A stretch of DNA of 64,000 bases from an uncultured Candidatus Binatia bacterium (GTDB lineage: Bacteria > Desulfobacterota > Binatia > UBA9968 > JAJDTQ01), in contig OZ243916.1 in NCBI GenBank assembly GCA_965213675.1, forward strand, positions 3,328,001 to 3,392,000, in the 5' to 3' direction. Each line of letters starts with the position of its first letter. The first letter of the stretch is position 1. Under the pieces are notes generated by a model that saw nothing but the letters and a program-made list of their open reading frames with translations, did not search any database and had not been told where the DNA came from. Below, one piece after another: positions 12,268 through 22,654 of the stretch. The position numbers and the translations under genes were made by a program.

Positions 12268-13293
12268 ATGTCCAAGCACTGGAGCGAACTGATCAAGCCG
12301 GAGAGCGTCGAGGTCGACGAGAAGAGCCACAGTTCGACCTACGGGAAGTTTGTCGGCGAACCCTTCGAACGCGGCTTCGGTCAGACCATCGGCAACAGTC
12401 TGCGCCGCATCCTGCTTTCGTCGCTCAGGGGCGCCGCCATCACATCCGTCCAGATCGAGAGCGCGCTGCACGAGTTTTCCACGATCCCGGGCGCTACGGA
12501 GGATGTGTCCGAAATCATCCTGAACCTCAAGGAGGTGCGGCTCAAGCTGCACAACACCGACCGGGAGGTCGTTCGTATCGACGCCACGGGACCCAAGGAG
12601 GTGCTGGCGGGGGATATCGTCCGGAGTGCGCAAGTGGAAGTACTCAACCCGGAGCACCGCATCGCGTCCCTTTCCAGGGAGGCGAGCCTGAATGCGAACA
12701 TGGTGGTGCGAACGGGTCAGGGATACGTACCCGCGGAGCGTAACCGGGAAGAAGAGCTGCCCGTGGACACGATCTTCATGGATGCCGTGTTCTCACCCAT
12801 TCGCAAGGTCAATTTCACGGTGACCAACGCACGGGTCGGCCAGCGCACGGACTACGACAAGCTGGTTCTGGAAGTGTGGACCGACGGCAGTGAGAAGCCT
12901 GAGGATGCGCTCGCCTACGCCGCGCGGATTCTGCAGGACCAGGTTGCCATCTTCGCCGACTTCGCCGAGGGCCCCCAGATGGTGGAGGTCGAGGCAGTGG
13001 CGGAGGGCCGCGCGCTCAACGAGAACCTCTTCTGCACGGTGGACGAACTGCAATGTCTGTCAGTGCGCGCGCACAACTGCCTGCAGAACGCCAACTTGAA
13101 GTACATCGGCGAGTTGGTGCAGAAGACCGAGCAGGACATGCTCAGGACCAAGAATTTCGGGCGGAAGTCCCTCAACGAGATCAAGGAGAAGCTTGGCGAG
13201 TTGGGGCTGGAGTTGGGAATGAAACTGGACCACTTCCCGAGCCGCGAAGAACTGGATGCCCGCAAGCAGGCCGAGCAGAAGGAGACAGCGTAG
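12268..13293 (+). CDS. rpoA: RNA polymerase alpha subunit
   Basis: [38 protein letters not shown]. Confidence 0.98.
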   Translation: MSKHWSELIKPESVEVDEKSHSSTYGKFVGEPFERGFGQTIGNSLRRILLSSLRGAAITSVQIESALHEFSTIPGATEDVSEIILNLKEVRLKLHNTDREVVRIDATGPKEVLAGDIVRSAQVEVLNPEHRIASLSREASLNANMVVRTGQGYVPAERNREEELPVDTIFMDAVFSPIRKVNFTVTNARVGQRTDYDKLVLEVWTDGSEKPEDALAYAARILQDQVAIFADFAEGPQMVEVEAVAEGRALNENLFCTVDELQCLSVRAHNCLQNANLKYIGELVQKTEQDMLRTKNFGRKSLNEIKEKLGELGLELGMKLDHFPSREELDARKQAEQKETA

Positions 13294-13296
13294 GCC

Positions 13297-13713
13297 ATGC
13301 GGCACTTGAAGAGCGGCAGAAAACTGAACCGTAGCGCGAGTCACCGGCACGCCTTGTGGCGCAACATGACCACCTCGCTGTTGCGGCACGATCGCATCAC
13401 CACCACCGACGCAAAGGCCAAGGAACTGAGGCGTTGGACTGACTGGCTGATCACCCTCGGCAAGGACGGAAGCCTCCACGCCCGGCGCCAGGCGCTGGCC
13501 TTCGTTCAGGACAAGGCCGTCGTGGCGCGTTTGTTCAACGAGCTGGGACCGCGTTTTCGCGACCGCCACGGAGGCTACACGCGGGTCGTGAAGGTGGGCC
13601 GCCGCCGGGGCGACGCGGCGCCGCTGTCCATCATCGAGTTGATACCGGCCGCCGGCGAGGCGACGGCGGGCGGTGACGCGGCCGGCGCGCCGTCCACGAC
13701 GAGCGGAACCTGA
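13297..13713 (+). CDS. rplQ: 50S ribosomal protein L17
   Basis: [24 protein letters not shown]. Confidence 0.97.
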   Translation: MRHLKSGRKLNRSASHRHALWRNMTTSLLRHDRITTTDAKAKELRRWTDWLITLGKDGSLHARRQALAFVQDKAVVARLFNELGPRFRDRHGGYTRVVKVGRRRGDAAPLSIIELIPAAGEATAGGDAAGAPSTTSGT

Positions 13714-13795
13714 GAGACGCTCCCTCGCCACCGCGCGCCGCGGCCGCGGGCCGTGCCCACCGGCAACCGTTGGAATGCGCCGTTCAGGGGTGTCT

Positions 13796-14326
13796 ATGGC
13801 CAACCATCGAAACGCGACCGCCCGCGGCAACGTCTACTTCAGCCGCGGGCAGCTCTTCGGCGTAGCCACGCTGTTCGTGGGCGTGGCGGCCGTTGTTTTC
13901 TTCTTCGGTATCCTCATCGGACAGAGCATCGAGGAGCGCAAGCTTGCCGGCGAGGGTTACGCCGGGATTACGGTCCCGGTGAGCCCGGGCGCGCCCGGCG
14001 ACGACCAGGAGTTGACCTTCTACGACACGTTGACCAAGACGGCTCCGCCCAAGGCCGGCGCGCCTGTCCAGATCCCGCCGGCCGAAGAAGTCAAGACTCC
14101 ATGGACCGTGCAGGTGGCCGCCGCGGAAACCCGGGCGAAAGCCGACAGCATGGTGGCGAAGCTGAAGGAGCGCGGCTACGAGGCGTACGTCACGTCCGGG
14201 CAACTCAACCGAAGGACCTTTTATCGCGTTCGGGTAGGACGGTACCGGAACCGCCAGGAGGCCATGGTGGATCTTCAGCGGCTCAAGAAGGACAAGTACG
14301 ACCCGATGATCATGGGGACCCAATGA
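13796..14326 (+). CDS. SPOR-domain membrane protein (FtsN/DedD-like)
   Basis: N-terminal TM helix, LTFYDTL motif, C-terminal WTVQVAA...YRVRVG SPOR domain. Confidence 0.85.
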   Translation: MANHRNATARGNVYFSRGQLFGVATLFVGVAAVVFFFGILIGQSIEERKLAGEGYAGITVPVSPGAPGDDQELTFYDTLTKTAPPKAGAPVQIPPAEEVKTPWTVQVAAAETRAKADSMVAKLKERGYEAYVTSGQLNRRTFYRVRVGRYRNRQEAMVDLQRLKKDKYDPMIMGTQ

Positions 14327-15339
14327 ACATCCAGCAAGCCATAACCCGCCTGGTGGACGGCGCCGACCTCAACGAGTCGGAGATGGTGGATGTCATGAAC
14401 CAGGTCATGACGGGCGCGGCGACACCGATTCAGGTGGCGGGTTTCCTGACCGCGTTGCGCATCCAGGGCGAGACCGTGGAGGAGGTCACGGGCGCCGCCC
14501 GGGTGATGCGCGAGAAGGCGTTGCGCGTGGAGGCGGGTCCGGGCTGCGTGCTGGATACCTGCGGCACGGGCGGCGACGGCAAGAACACCTTCAACATCTC
14601 CACCACGGTGGCGTTCGTGGTGGCTGCCGCGGGCATCACCGTCGCCAAGCACGGCAACCGGGCGGTGTCCAGCGGGTCCGGCAGCGCGGACGTCCTGGGC
14701 GCTCTCGGGGTCCGGATCGACGTTCCCAGGGAAACGGTGGAACGCTGCCTGCGCGAGGTCGGTCTGGGGTTTCTGTTCGCGCCGATGATGCACGAGGCCA
14801 TGAAGTACGCCGTGGCTCCGCGCCGCGAGCTGGGCATACGGACCATCTTCAACCTCCTGGGTCCTCTGACCAACCCGGCCAGGGCCAGCCATCAGCTCCT
14901 GGGCATCTATGACGGCGCGCTCATCGGAACCGTGGCGCAAGTCCTTGGCAACCTCGGCAGCGACCGGGCCATGGTGGTGCACGGCGACGAAGGCCTCGAC
15001 GAAATATCGCTCGGTGGCCCCACGTCGGTGGCGGAATGGAAGGATGGGGCGGTGGCCCGCTACACGCTTCACCCCGGAGAATTCGGCTTCGAGACGTGTC
15101 CGGCCGAGCGCCTCACCGCCGCCGACCCGGCGGAATGCGCCGCCATCGTGACAGCGATTCTCAAGGGTGAAGCGGGACCGGCGCGGGATGTCGTGCTGCT
15201 CAACAGCGGCGCGGCGCTGTGCGTGAGCGAGCGCGCGGAGACCATCGCCCAAGGCATCGACGTGGCGCGGGAGTGCATCGATTCGGGAGCCGCCATGGGA
15301 AAGCTCGAACACCTGATCCGGCTGACCAATGAAGCATGA
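14323..15339 (+). CDS. trpD: Anthranilate phosphoribosyltransferase
   Basis: DTCGTGGDG, NIST, KHGNR, GLDE; real start ATG 14323. Confidence 0.97.
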   Translation: MNIQQAITRLVDGADLNESEMVDVMNQVMTGAATPIQVAGFLTALRIQGETVEEVTGAARVMREKALRVEAGPGCVLDTCGTGGDGKNTFNISTTVAFVVAAAGITVAKHGNRAVSSGSGSADVLGALGVRIDVPRETVERCLREVGLGFLFAPMMHEAMKYAVAPRRELGIRTIFNLLGPLTNPARASHQLLGIYDGALIGTVAQVLGNLGSDRAMVVHGDEGLDEISLGGPTSVAEWKDGAVARYTLHPGEFGFETCPAERLTAADPAECAAIVTAILKGEAGPARDVVLLNSGAALCVSERAETIAQGIDVARECIDSGAAMGKLEHLIRLTNEA

Positions 15340-16156
15340 CGGCGTTCAGCCCTCCGCCCACGACATTCTCCAGCGGATCGCGACGCATGTCCGCGCCGGG
15401 CTTGAGTCCCGCCGCCGCGAACGCCCGCCCGAAGCGCTGGCGGACCGCGCGCTCTACCAGGAACCGCGCCGGGGCTTCCGCGAGGCGCTGTCACGCCCGG
15501 GCCGGCACGTCATCGCCGAGGTCAAGCGGGCTTCGCCCTCCCAGGGGGTGATCCGTGAGGACTTCGAACCCGTTGGCATCGCCACGCGCTATGAAGCCAG
15601 CGGCGCCGCCGCGCTTTCGGTGGTCACCGAGGAACGCTTCTTTGACGGCTCCCTGCGCTACCTGTCGGACATCCGGGAGAAGGTCGCGCTGCCGCTCCTC
15701 AGGAAGGACTTCGTGCTGGACCCCTACCAGCTCGTGGAGGCCCGCGGCTTCGGCGCCGACGCCGTCCTGCTCATCGCCGCCATGCTCGATGAAGGCGCCA
15801 TGGAATCGCTGCACGCCGAAGCGCGCTCCCTGGCCCTGGACGTGCTGGTGGAGGTGCACTCGGAGCGCGAGCTGGAGAGCGCCGTGCGCATCGGCGCGTC
15901 GATCATCGGCATCAACAACCGCGACCTGCGCACCTTCGAAGTGGATCTCGCAGTGGCCGAAGCGCTTCTGCCCCGCATACCGCCGGACGCCGTGGCGGTA
16001 TGCGAGAGCGGCATCAAGGACGTGGCTCACGTCGAGCGGATCGAGGCGGCCGGCGGCCGGGTGTTCCTGGTGGGTGAAACGCTGATGCGCGCCCCCGATC
16101 CGGGCGTCAAGCTCGCGGAGCTTCTGGGAACGGCCGCCGTCCATGGTCAAGGTTAA
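15329..16156 (+). CDS. trpC: Indole-3-glycerol phosphate synthase
   Basis: IAEVKRASPS, LRKDF, GINNRDL, ESG. Confidence 0.97.
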   Translation: MKHDGVQPSAHDILQRIATHVRAGLESRRRERPPEALADRALYQEPRRGFREALSRPGRHVIAEVKRASPSQGVIREDFEPVGIATRYEASGAAALSVVTEERFFDGSLRYLSDIREKVALPLLRKDFVLDPYQLVEARGFGADAVLLIAAMLDEGAMESLHAEARSLALDVLVEVHSERELESAVRIGASIIGINNRDLRTFEVDLAVAEALLPRIPPDAVAVCESGIKDVAHVERIEAAGGRVFLVGETLMRAPDPGVKLAELLGTAAVHGQG

Positions 16157-16766
16157 GATCTGCGGCATTACCAACGCCGCCGACGCGTTCAAGGCGGTGG
16201 AGTACGGCGCCGACGCGTTGGGCTTCAACTTCTATCCGCCGAGTCCCCGCTACATCGAGCCGGAAGACGCCGCCGGGATCCTCCGGGACCTGCCCGCCGG
16301 CATTTGCGCCGCCGGTCTCTTCGTCAACGAGTCGCGCCAGCACGTGAAGGCCGCGCTCCGGTCATGCCGCTCCAAGGGCGGCCCGGGCCTCACCGCGGTG
16401 CAGTTCCACGGCGACGAAGAGCGCGACTACTGTGCGCGCTGGCCTCTCAAGGTGATCAAGGCGTTTCGCGTGCGCGACCCGGAGACCCTGGCACGGATCG
16501 GCGAATATCCGGCGGACTACTACCTGCTCGATTCCTGGAGCGAAGGCTTTGGCGGTTCGGGCGCCGCGTTCACCTGGAGCTGGCTGACAGTTCCGCTGGC
16601 GCGTCCGGTCATTCTCGCCGGCGGGCTCGGGGTGGACAACGTGGGCGCCGCGGTGCGCGCGCTCGAACCCTTCGGCGTGGACGTGTGCACCGGAGTCGAA
16701 GCCGCTCCCGGCCGCAAGGACCCCCTGCGCATGAAGGCGTTCATCGCGGCGGCCAAGGCGGGGTGA
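16143..16766 (+). CDS. trpF: Phosphoribosylanthranilate isomerase
   Basis: KICGIT, SPR, QFHGDE, LAGGL. Confidence 0.96.
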   Translation: MVKVKICGITNAADAFKAVEYGADALGFNFYPPSPRYIEPEDAAGILRDLPAGICAAGLFVNESRQHVKAALRSCRSKGGPGLTAVQFHGDEERDYCARWPLKVIKAFRVRDPETLARIGEYPADYYLLDSWSEGFGGSGAAFTWSWLTVPLARPVILAGGLGVDNVGAAVRALEPFGVDVCTGVEAAPGRKDPLRMKAFIAAAKAG

Positions 16767-16773
16767 GCCCGTC

Positions 16774-18117
16774 GTGAACGCCTACCGGAAGAGTCTCGAT
16801 TTCATCTTCAATCTGAGCGGGCGCGAGACCGACCTGCGGCTCGACCTGCGGCTCGAACGCGTGTCCGCGGCCCTGGCGCTCTTCGACCATCCCCAGCACC
16901 GCTTCCGCGTTTGTCACGTCGCCGGGACCAACGGCAAGGGCTCCACCGCGGCGATGATCCACGCCGTGCTGTCGGCTCAGGGCCATCGCGTAGGTCTCTA
17001 CACCTCGCCGCACCTCGAGTCGTTCACCGAACGGATCCGCGTCGGCAGGCGGCCCATCCCCCAGGCCGCGGTGGTCGCCCTGGTGCGAGAAGTCGCCGAA
17101 AGGACCCGGTACGCCGACATCGCGCTCTCGTTCTTTGAATTCGTCACGGTCATGGCATTCCTGCACTTCGCCCGGCAGGAGGTGGACGGCGCGGTGGTGG
17201 AGGTGGGGCTGGGGGGCAGGTTGGATGCCACCAACGTCGTCCGGCCGAGCGTTTGTGTGGTGACCACCATCTCCCGGGACCACGAACGCTTCCTCGGCAC
17301 ACGCATCGGCGACATCGCCCGGGAGAAGGGCGGCATCATCAAACCCGGAGTCCCCGTGGTGTTCGGCGCTTTGCCGCCGGCCGCCAGGCGCGCGCTGCGG
17401 CGCATCGCCCGCGAACGGGAAGCGCCCATGCGCGAGTGGGGCAAGGACTTCTCGGTGGCGCCGCGCCTGCCGGACCGGTTCGATTACCACGGCCGCGAGT
17501 GGCGTCTGGAAGGTCTGCGCCTGGGCGTGCGCGGCGAATATCAACGGCACAATGCGGCGGTCGCGCTGGCGGCGCTGGAAGCCCTGAACGGGGTCCTGCC
17601 GGCGGCCGCGAAGGCGGTCCGCGCCGGCCTTGCGTCGGTGCGCTGGCCCGGGCGCCTGGAGCTTTTGCCGGGTACACCCCCGGTGCTGCTGGACGGGGCG
17701 CACAATCCGGGCGGCGTCCACACCCTGGTGCGCGAAATTCCCGGTCTCCTCGGCTTTGGCAGGGTGCGCCTCCTGTTCGCCAGCATGGGGGACAAGGGCT
17801 GGCGGTCCATGCTGCGGGCGCTCTGCGCCGTGTCCCGGGAGGTGGTGCTGACGCGCAACCCGTCCGCGCGGGGGGCGGCGCCGGAGACCCTGCGCGCAGC
17901 GGTGCCGCGGGGGTTGCCGGTGACGGTGGTGGAAGACCCCGCCGAAGCCATCTTCGGGTTGATGGCGCACCGCCAGGGGCGCGACGATCCGGTGCTCGTG
18001 ACCGGATCATTGTATCTCGTGGGGGCTGTGCGCGCGGCCGTGTTACACTATCGGTCCGGCCAGGTTGCCGAGGTCGGGACGCAGGCCGGCACGGGCGGAC
18101 AGGGTCCGCGCCGGTAG
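16774..18117 (+). CDS. folC: Folylpolyglutamate synthase/dihydrofolate synthase
   Basis: HVAGTNGKGST, TSPHL, EVGLGGRLDATN, DGAHN, TGSLY. Confidence 0.96.
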   Translation: MNAYRKSLDFIFNLSGRETDLRLDLRLERVSAALALFDHPQHRFRVCHVAGTNGKGSTAAMIHAVLSAQGHRVGLYTSPHLESFTERIRVGRRPIPQAAVVALVREVAERTRYADIALSFFEFVTVMAFLHFARQEVDGAVVEVGLGGRLDATNVVRPSVCVVTTISRDHERFLGTRIGDIAREKGGIIKPGVPVVFGALPPAARRALRRIAREREAPMREWGKDFSVAPRLPDRFDYHGREWRLEGLRLGVRGEYQRHNAAVALAALEALNGVLPAAAKAVRAGLASVRWPGRLELLPGTPPVLLDGAHNPGGVHTLVREIPGLLGFGRVRLLFASMGDKGWRSMLRALCAVSREVVLTRNPSARGAAPETLRAAVPRGLPVTVVEDPAEAIFGLMAHRQGRDDPVLVTGSLYLVGAVRAAVLHYRSGQVAEVGTQAGTGGQGPRR

Positions 18118-18146
18118 CGGCGCGGCGTGAGTCGGCGGCATCGATC

Positions 18147-20432
18147 ATGCATCTGTGGCGTTCATACATGACGGCGTGGGCGGCGGCATGCTGGTGGACC
18201 CTGGTCCCCGTGGCCCTCGCTGGCGCCCAGTCGCCGGAGGCCGGAGAACGCATCGAGGTGTCGGCGGAAGACTCCATCGAGGCGACCCGCGAAACGGTCC
18301 GGGCGCAGGGCAACGTGGAGATCCGGCGGGGAGCGACGGTCTTCGGCGCCGACACGGTGGTGATCGACCATGCGCGGCGCACGCTGCGGGCGGAAGGGGC
18401 GGTGCGCGTGGACCATCCCCGGTACCGGCTGCGCGCCGCCGGACTGGAGATGAACCTCGACGACGAAACGGGCACGCTTCTTGACGCGGAAGTGTTCGTC
18501 GAGGAGGAGCGCCTCCGTCTGAGCGGAAGCCGGGTGGAGAAGTTCACCGGGCAGACCTACGAGATTCGCGACGGACGCCTCACCACGTGCCTGTGCGAGG
18601 AAGGCGCCGCGCCGTGGCGCATTGCCGCCGGCGCCCTCCGGCTGGAGGAAGGCGCCAAGGCCGCGATGGACGACGCCACCCTCTACCTCTACGACGTCCC
18701 GGTGCTGTATCTGCCCTACCTGTCGTTCGCCTACCTCACGGAGCGCACCACCGGATTCCTGATCCCTTCCTTCGGCTGGTCCCGGGGCGACGGGGTCCTC
18801 TACCGGCAGCCGTTCTTCTGGGCGCTGGACAAGAGCAACGACGCCACCTTCGAGTTGGCCGTGGAGTCCAGGACGCGCGCCGGCATGAACGCGCAGTACC
18901 GCACCGTCTGGAACCGCCACACCGCCGGCCGTTTGGAACTCTCCTACTTCAGCGAGCGCATGCGCAGGTCGACGTCCGCGCGCGACGCCGCCATTGCGGA
19001 TCCGGGGGTTCCCCTGGACCGCTGGAGCGTGCGCGGGTCCCACCGTCACCATCCCCCGGCCGGCTGGGCGACGTTCAGCGACGTCGCTCTGTATAGCGAC
19101 AACCTGGCGCCGCGGGAGCTGGCGGAGTTCTTCGTATCCGGCGCGAACGAGCAGGACATCTTGCGCGCGAACCGGTACAGCGCGTCACGCCTCGGCTTTC
19201 AGTGGCACGGGCCGGACATGGCGTTGACGGGCGAGGTGGACTACGTGCAGGACCTGGTCCAGCCGCAGAAGCGCGCGCTGCACCGCGCTCCCCACCTCTC
19301 CTTCACCGGAGGGCGCGGGCTTTGGCGCGGGCTCGGCCTCGAATGGGACGTGGCGCTGACCCATTACCTGCGCGAGCAGGGGTCGGACGGGCTGCGGGTG
19401 GACATGCGGCCCGAGATCACCTGGCGGGCCGCTCCGCTGCGTCACTTCCGCATGGACACCCGCGTGGCGTTGCGCGAGACGCTCTACCGGCTCGATTCGC
19501 TGGAAGGCGGATCCGCCGCCGGGAGCGCCGCTCACGCGCACAGGGAACTGATGGAATTCGGCTGGCGGCTGACCACGGCGCTGAGCCGAACCTACCGCTG
19601 GAAAATAGGCGGTTGGGAGCGGCTCCGGCATGTGCTGGAGCCCATGCTGGAGTACCGGTTCATTCCCGCGACGGATCAGGACGCATTGCCGATCTGGGAT
19701 CCGGTGGACCGCATCCGGCGCCGCAACCTGCTCACGGTTGCACTCAACCACCGCTTCTGGGGCGCCCTGGATCGGCAGCGGGGATCGGCGCCGGGCGACG
19801 GTGGTCCCGAGGAAGCGGATGCGGGCGGGCGCCCGCGGGCCGCCACGCCGTTCGCCCGCGCTTCGGTCACGGCCACACTTGACGTGGACAAGACCCGCGC
19901 GGGTGAGAACGGTCTTTCCGAAGTGGGTTTCGGGGTGCGGCTGGATCCCGTCGACCATCTGTACGCGTCCCTGGACCTGGGCATGGAGCCCGGTCCCGGG
20001 AACGTCCGGCGGGCCGCGCTGGCGATTTCGCTTTCCGATGCCGCGCCCGTGGAGACCCAGGCGCCGGACCGGGATTTCCGGCAACCCAGCCGCGTGTCGC
20101 TAGGGTATCGGTTCATTCGCGCGAACGTCCTGTCGCCCTTCGCGTACCACGCCAATCTGGATCTTCTGGCCGACTGCCCCGCGGACCCTCGATGCAATCC
20201 GCGGGACGCCCTGAACGGCGTGCACGCCAGCGCCGTGCTGCGGGCCACGGAGCGGATGCTGTTTATTTACGAGGGGAACTACGACACGGGCGGGTGGGAC
20301 AAGAACCGGCTGGGAATCAAGTATCTCTCCAGGTGTCAATGCTGGACCCTGACCCTGTCCCTGGAGCAGCGCACCAACCCGAATCGGACCAGTATCGGTT
20401 TCAAGTTCGACCTGCTGGGTCTCGGATCGTGA
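18147..20432 (+). CDS. lptD: LPS-assembly protein LptD
   Basis: Signal peptide, jelly-roll N-terminus (GNVEI, TTC...PW), TGFLIP, C-terminal CQCW; start uncertain (18147/18168). Confidence 0.85.
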   Translation: MHLWRSYMTAWAAACWWTLVPVALAGAQSPEAGERIEVSAEDSIEATRETVRAQGNVEIRRGATVFGADTVVIDHARRTLRAEGAVRVDHPRYRLRAAGLEMNLDDETGTLLDAEVFVEEERLRLSGSRVEKFTGQTYEIRDGRLTTCLCEEGAAPWRIAAGALRLEEGAKAAMDDATLYLYDVPVLYLPYLSFAYLTERTTGFLIPSFGWSRGDGVLYRQPFFWALDKSNDATFELAVESRTRAGMNAQYRTVWNRHTAGRLELSYFSERMRRSTSARDAAIADPGVPLDRWSVRGSHRHHPPAGWATFSDVALYSDNLAPRELAEFFVSGANEQDILRANRYSASRLGFQWHGPDMALTGEVDYVQDLVQPQKRALHRAPHLSFTGGRGLWRGLGLEWDVALTHYLREQGSDGLRVDMRPEITWRAAPLRHFRMDTRVALRETLYRLDSLEGGSAAGSAAHAHRELMEFGWRLTTALSRTYRWKIGGWERLRHVLEPMLEYRFIPATDQDALPIWDPVDRIRRRNLLTVALNHRFWGALDRQRGSAPGDGGPEEADAGGRPRAATPFARASVTATLDVDKTRAGENGLSEVGFGVRLDPVDHLYASLDLGMEPGPGNVRRAALAISLSDAAPVETQAPDRDFRQPSRVSLGYRFIRANVLSPFAYHANLDLLADCPADPRCNPRDALNGVHASAVLRATERMLFIYEGNYDTGGWDKNRLGIKYLSRCQCWTLTLSLEQRTNPNRTSIGFKFDLLGLGS

Positions 20433-20461
20433 ACGGCCCGTATTTTGCGTTCCCAACGGGC

Positions 20462-22579
20462 ATGAACTTCAAGACACTGTGGATTGTCGCATGGCTCCTG
20501 TCCGGGGCCTTCCTGCAGAACCCGACGGCGTGGTGCCAGCCGATGGAACCCGTGGCGGAAGCCGCTGGCGCGGTGGCGCGCGGCCCCGGCGCCGGGCGCG
20601 CCGATGACACCGGCGCCGTGACCTTGAACTTCGAAGGCGCCGATCTGGTCGAGGTCATCCATGTGTTCGCGCGCCACCTTCGCTTCAACTTCACCATCGA
20701 CCCGGACGTCCAGGGCACCGTCACCATCTTCAGCGGTCAGCCCGTGCGGCGTACCGACCTGATGCCGATCTTTCACGAATTGCTGCGCATCCACGACGCC
20801 GTGGCCATCAGGCGCGGCCAGCTTTACCGGATCACCACCGTGGCCAAGGGGCTTGGGGCCGCTTCCCTCGACCGCGGACGGGATGCGGGATTCGCCATGA
20901 GGATCGCGCCGGTGCGGTTCTTCCCGGCGGCGGTCATGAAGGGACTTCTGACGCCCTTCCTCGGCGAGGGAGGAACGATACTCGAACACGCGCGCGGCAA
21001 CTATCTGGTTATCGTCGACCTGCCGTCAAACATTCGCCGTTTGGTCGAGATCATGGAAATGATCGATGTCGAGGTGTTCGCGGGCACGCGCATGGAACTG
21101 TACGAGCCCAAGGAGGCCGCGGCACAGGACCTCGCGCGCGAATTGTCCGCCGCCATGCGCCTTTTCGCCGCCGCCGAGATGCAGGGCGACACGTTTGCCG
21201 CCCGGTTCCTGCCGTTGCCCAGGATCGACCGGTTGCTGGTGGTGGCCTACAGCGAGGCGGCCTGGCGCTACGTTCGACGCTGGCTCCAGCACCTGGACGT
21301 TGCCAGCCGGAGCGCGGGACGGAGGGTCTTCATCCGGCCCGTGGAGAACGGCGACGCGGTCGCACTGGCGCGAGTGCTCAACCGGGTGTTTGGAACCGGG
21401 AACCGCCCCACCGGGAAGGCGGCGTCCCGGCCGCGCCCGCCCGGGCTCGATGACCTGCCCCGGTGGTCCGCCGCCGGGGAACCGGAGGATGCGCCGGGAA
21501 ACGCCCGCTTCGGGGAAGCTTCCGCCCCGGGCGGAGGTCCCGCGGCCACGCTGCGGATCGGGAGCGATGCAACCGTGGATGCGGCATCTCCGAATCTCCC
21601 GCACGAAGACGCCGCAAAGATGAGCGAAGGCGCGCGCGTGGTGGCCGAACCCGCCACCAACACCCTTGTCATCCTGGCCACGCGCCGGGAATATCTGCGC
21701 CTTGCCGAGGTCCTGGCAAGGCTCGACGCGGTTCCCCGCCAAGTGCTCATGGAGGTCCTGGTGGCGGAGGTCACGCTCACCGACGAGTTCGCGCTGGGGG
21801 TGGAGCATGCGTTGTCGAAAGGAGGCTTCGCTCCGCCCTCCGAGGCGCAGGAAAAGACCCCCGGCGCACCGCTGGGCGCCGGCTTTCAGGCCCTTGACAC
21901 CGGGTTCACGTCCATCGTCGAAGCGGGCCGCGACTTTCGCGTGTTCGTCAATGCACTCATGAAGGACGCGCGGGTCAAGGTGCTGTCGTCGCCGCACCTG
22001 CTGGCAGTGGACAACCGGCCCGCGCGGATTCGCGTGGGCAGCGAGCAGCCCGTGGCCACCGGCACGGTGGTGTCCCAGGAAGCGCGGGCGACCACCACCA
22101 CCATCCAGTTCAAGAACGTCGGGCGGATCCTGACCATCATCCCCAGGGTCAACGATGCCGGTTTTGTGAACCTCCAGGTGCGGGTCGAGGTCAGCGACGT
22201 CGGCGAACGGGTGACGGTGGGGAACCAGACCTTCGACGCCTTCAACGTGCGGGATGCGGAGACCACCGCTGTGCTTCAGGACGGCCAGACGCTGGTCATC
22301 GGCGGCATCATCACCGACAACCTGCGCAAGACGCGGGTCGGCATTCCCCTGCTCATGAACGTGCCGGTGCTGGGGCAACTCTTCCGCACCGACGTCGAAC
22401 GCGCCGACAGGACCGAGCTGGTCATCCTGATCACACCCCGGGTCATCCGCAACCGCGAGGAGGGAGAGGCCGTGACCGAACGATTCCTGGCCAGGGTCGG
22501 GGCGGTCCGCCGCGAGTTGGAGGCACGCTGGAAGCGGCAACCGGGTGTCCCCGAAGCGGAACCGGGAGCGCCGCGGTAA
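20462..22579 (+). CDS. gspD: Type II secretion secretin GspD-like
   Basis: LNFEGADL N0 domain, QVLMEVLVAEV, KVLSSP, DGQTLVIGG, RTELVILITP. Confidence 0.85.
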   Translation: MNFKTLWIVAWLLSGAFLQNPTAWCQPMEPVAEAAGAVARGPGAGRADDTGAVTLNFEGADLVEVIHVFARHLRFNFTIDPDVQGTVTIFSGQPVRRTDLMPIFHELLRIHDAVAIRRGQLYRITTVAKGLGAASLDRGRDAGFAMRIAPVRFFPAAVMKGLLTPFLGEGGTILEHARGNYLVIVDLPSNIRRLVEIMEMIDVEVFAGTRMELYEPKEAAAQDLARELSAAMRLFAAAEMQGDTFAARFLPLPRIDRLLVVAYSEAAWRYVRRWLQHLDVASRSAGRRVFIRPVENGDAVALARVLNRVFGTGNRPTGKAASRPRPPGLDDLPRWSAAGEPEDAPGNARFGEASAPGGGPAATLRIGSDATVDAASPNLPHEDAAKMSEGARVVAEPATNTLVILATRREYLRLAEVLARLDAVPRQVLMEVLVAEVTLTDEFALGVEHALSKGGFAPPSEAQEKTPGAPLGAGFQALDTGFTSIVEAGRDFRVFVNALMKDARVKVLSSPHLLAVDNRPARIRVGSEQPVATGTVVSQEARATTTTIQFKNVGRILTIIPRVNDAGFVNLQVRVEVSDVGERVTVGNQTFDAFNVRDAETTAVLQDGQTLVIGGIITDNLRKTRVGIPLLMNVPVLGQLFRTDVERADRTELVILITPRVIRNREEGEAVTERFLARVGAVRRELEARWKRQPGVPEAEPGAPR

Positions 22580-22654
22580 GGGCCATGCAGGACTGTTCCA
22601 TGCCGTCGATTTGCAGGGAAACCGGAGATTCGGACGGCGTCCTTCCGTGACAGG

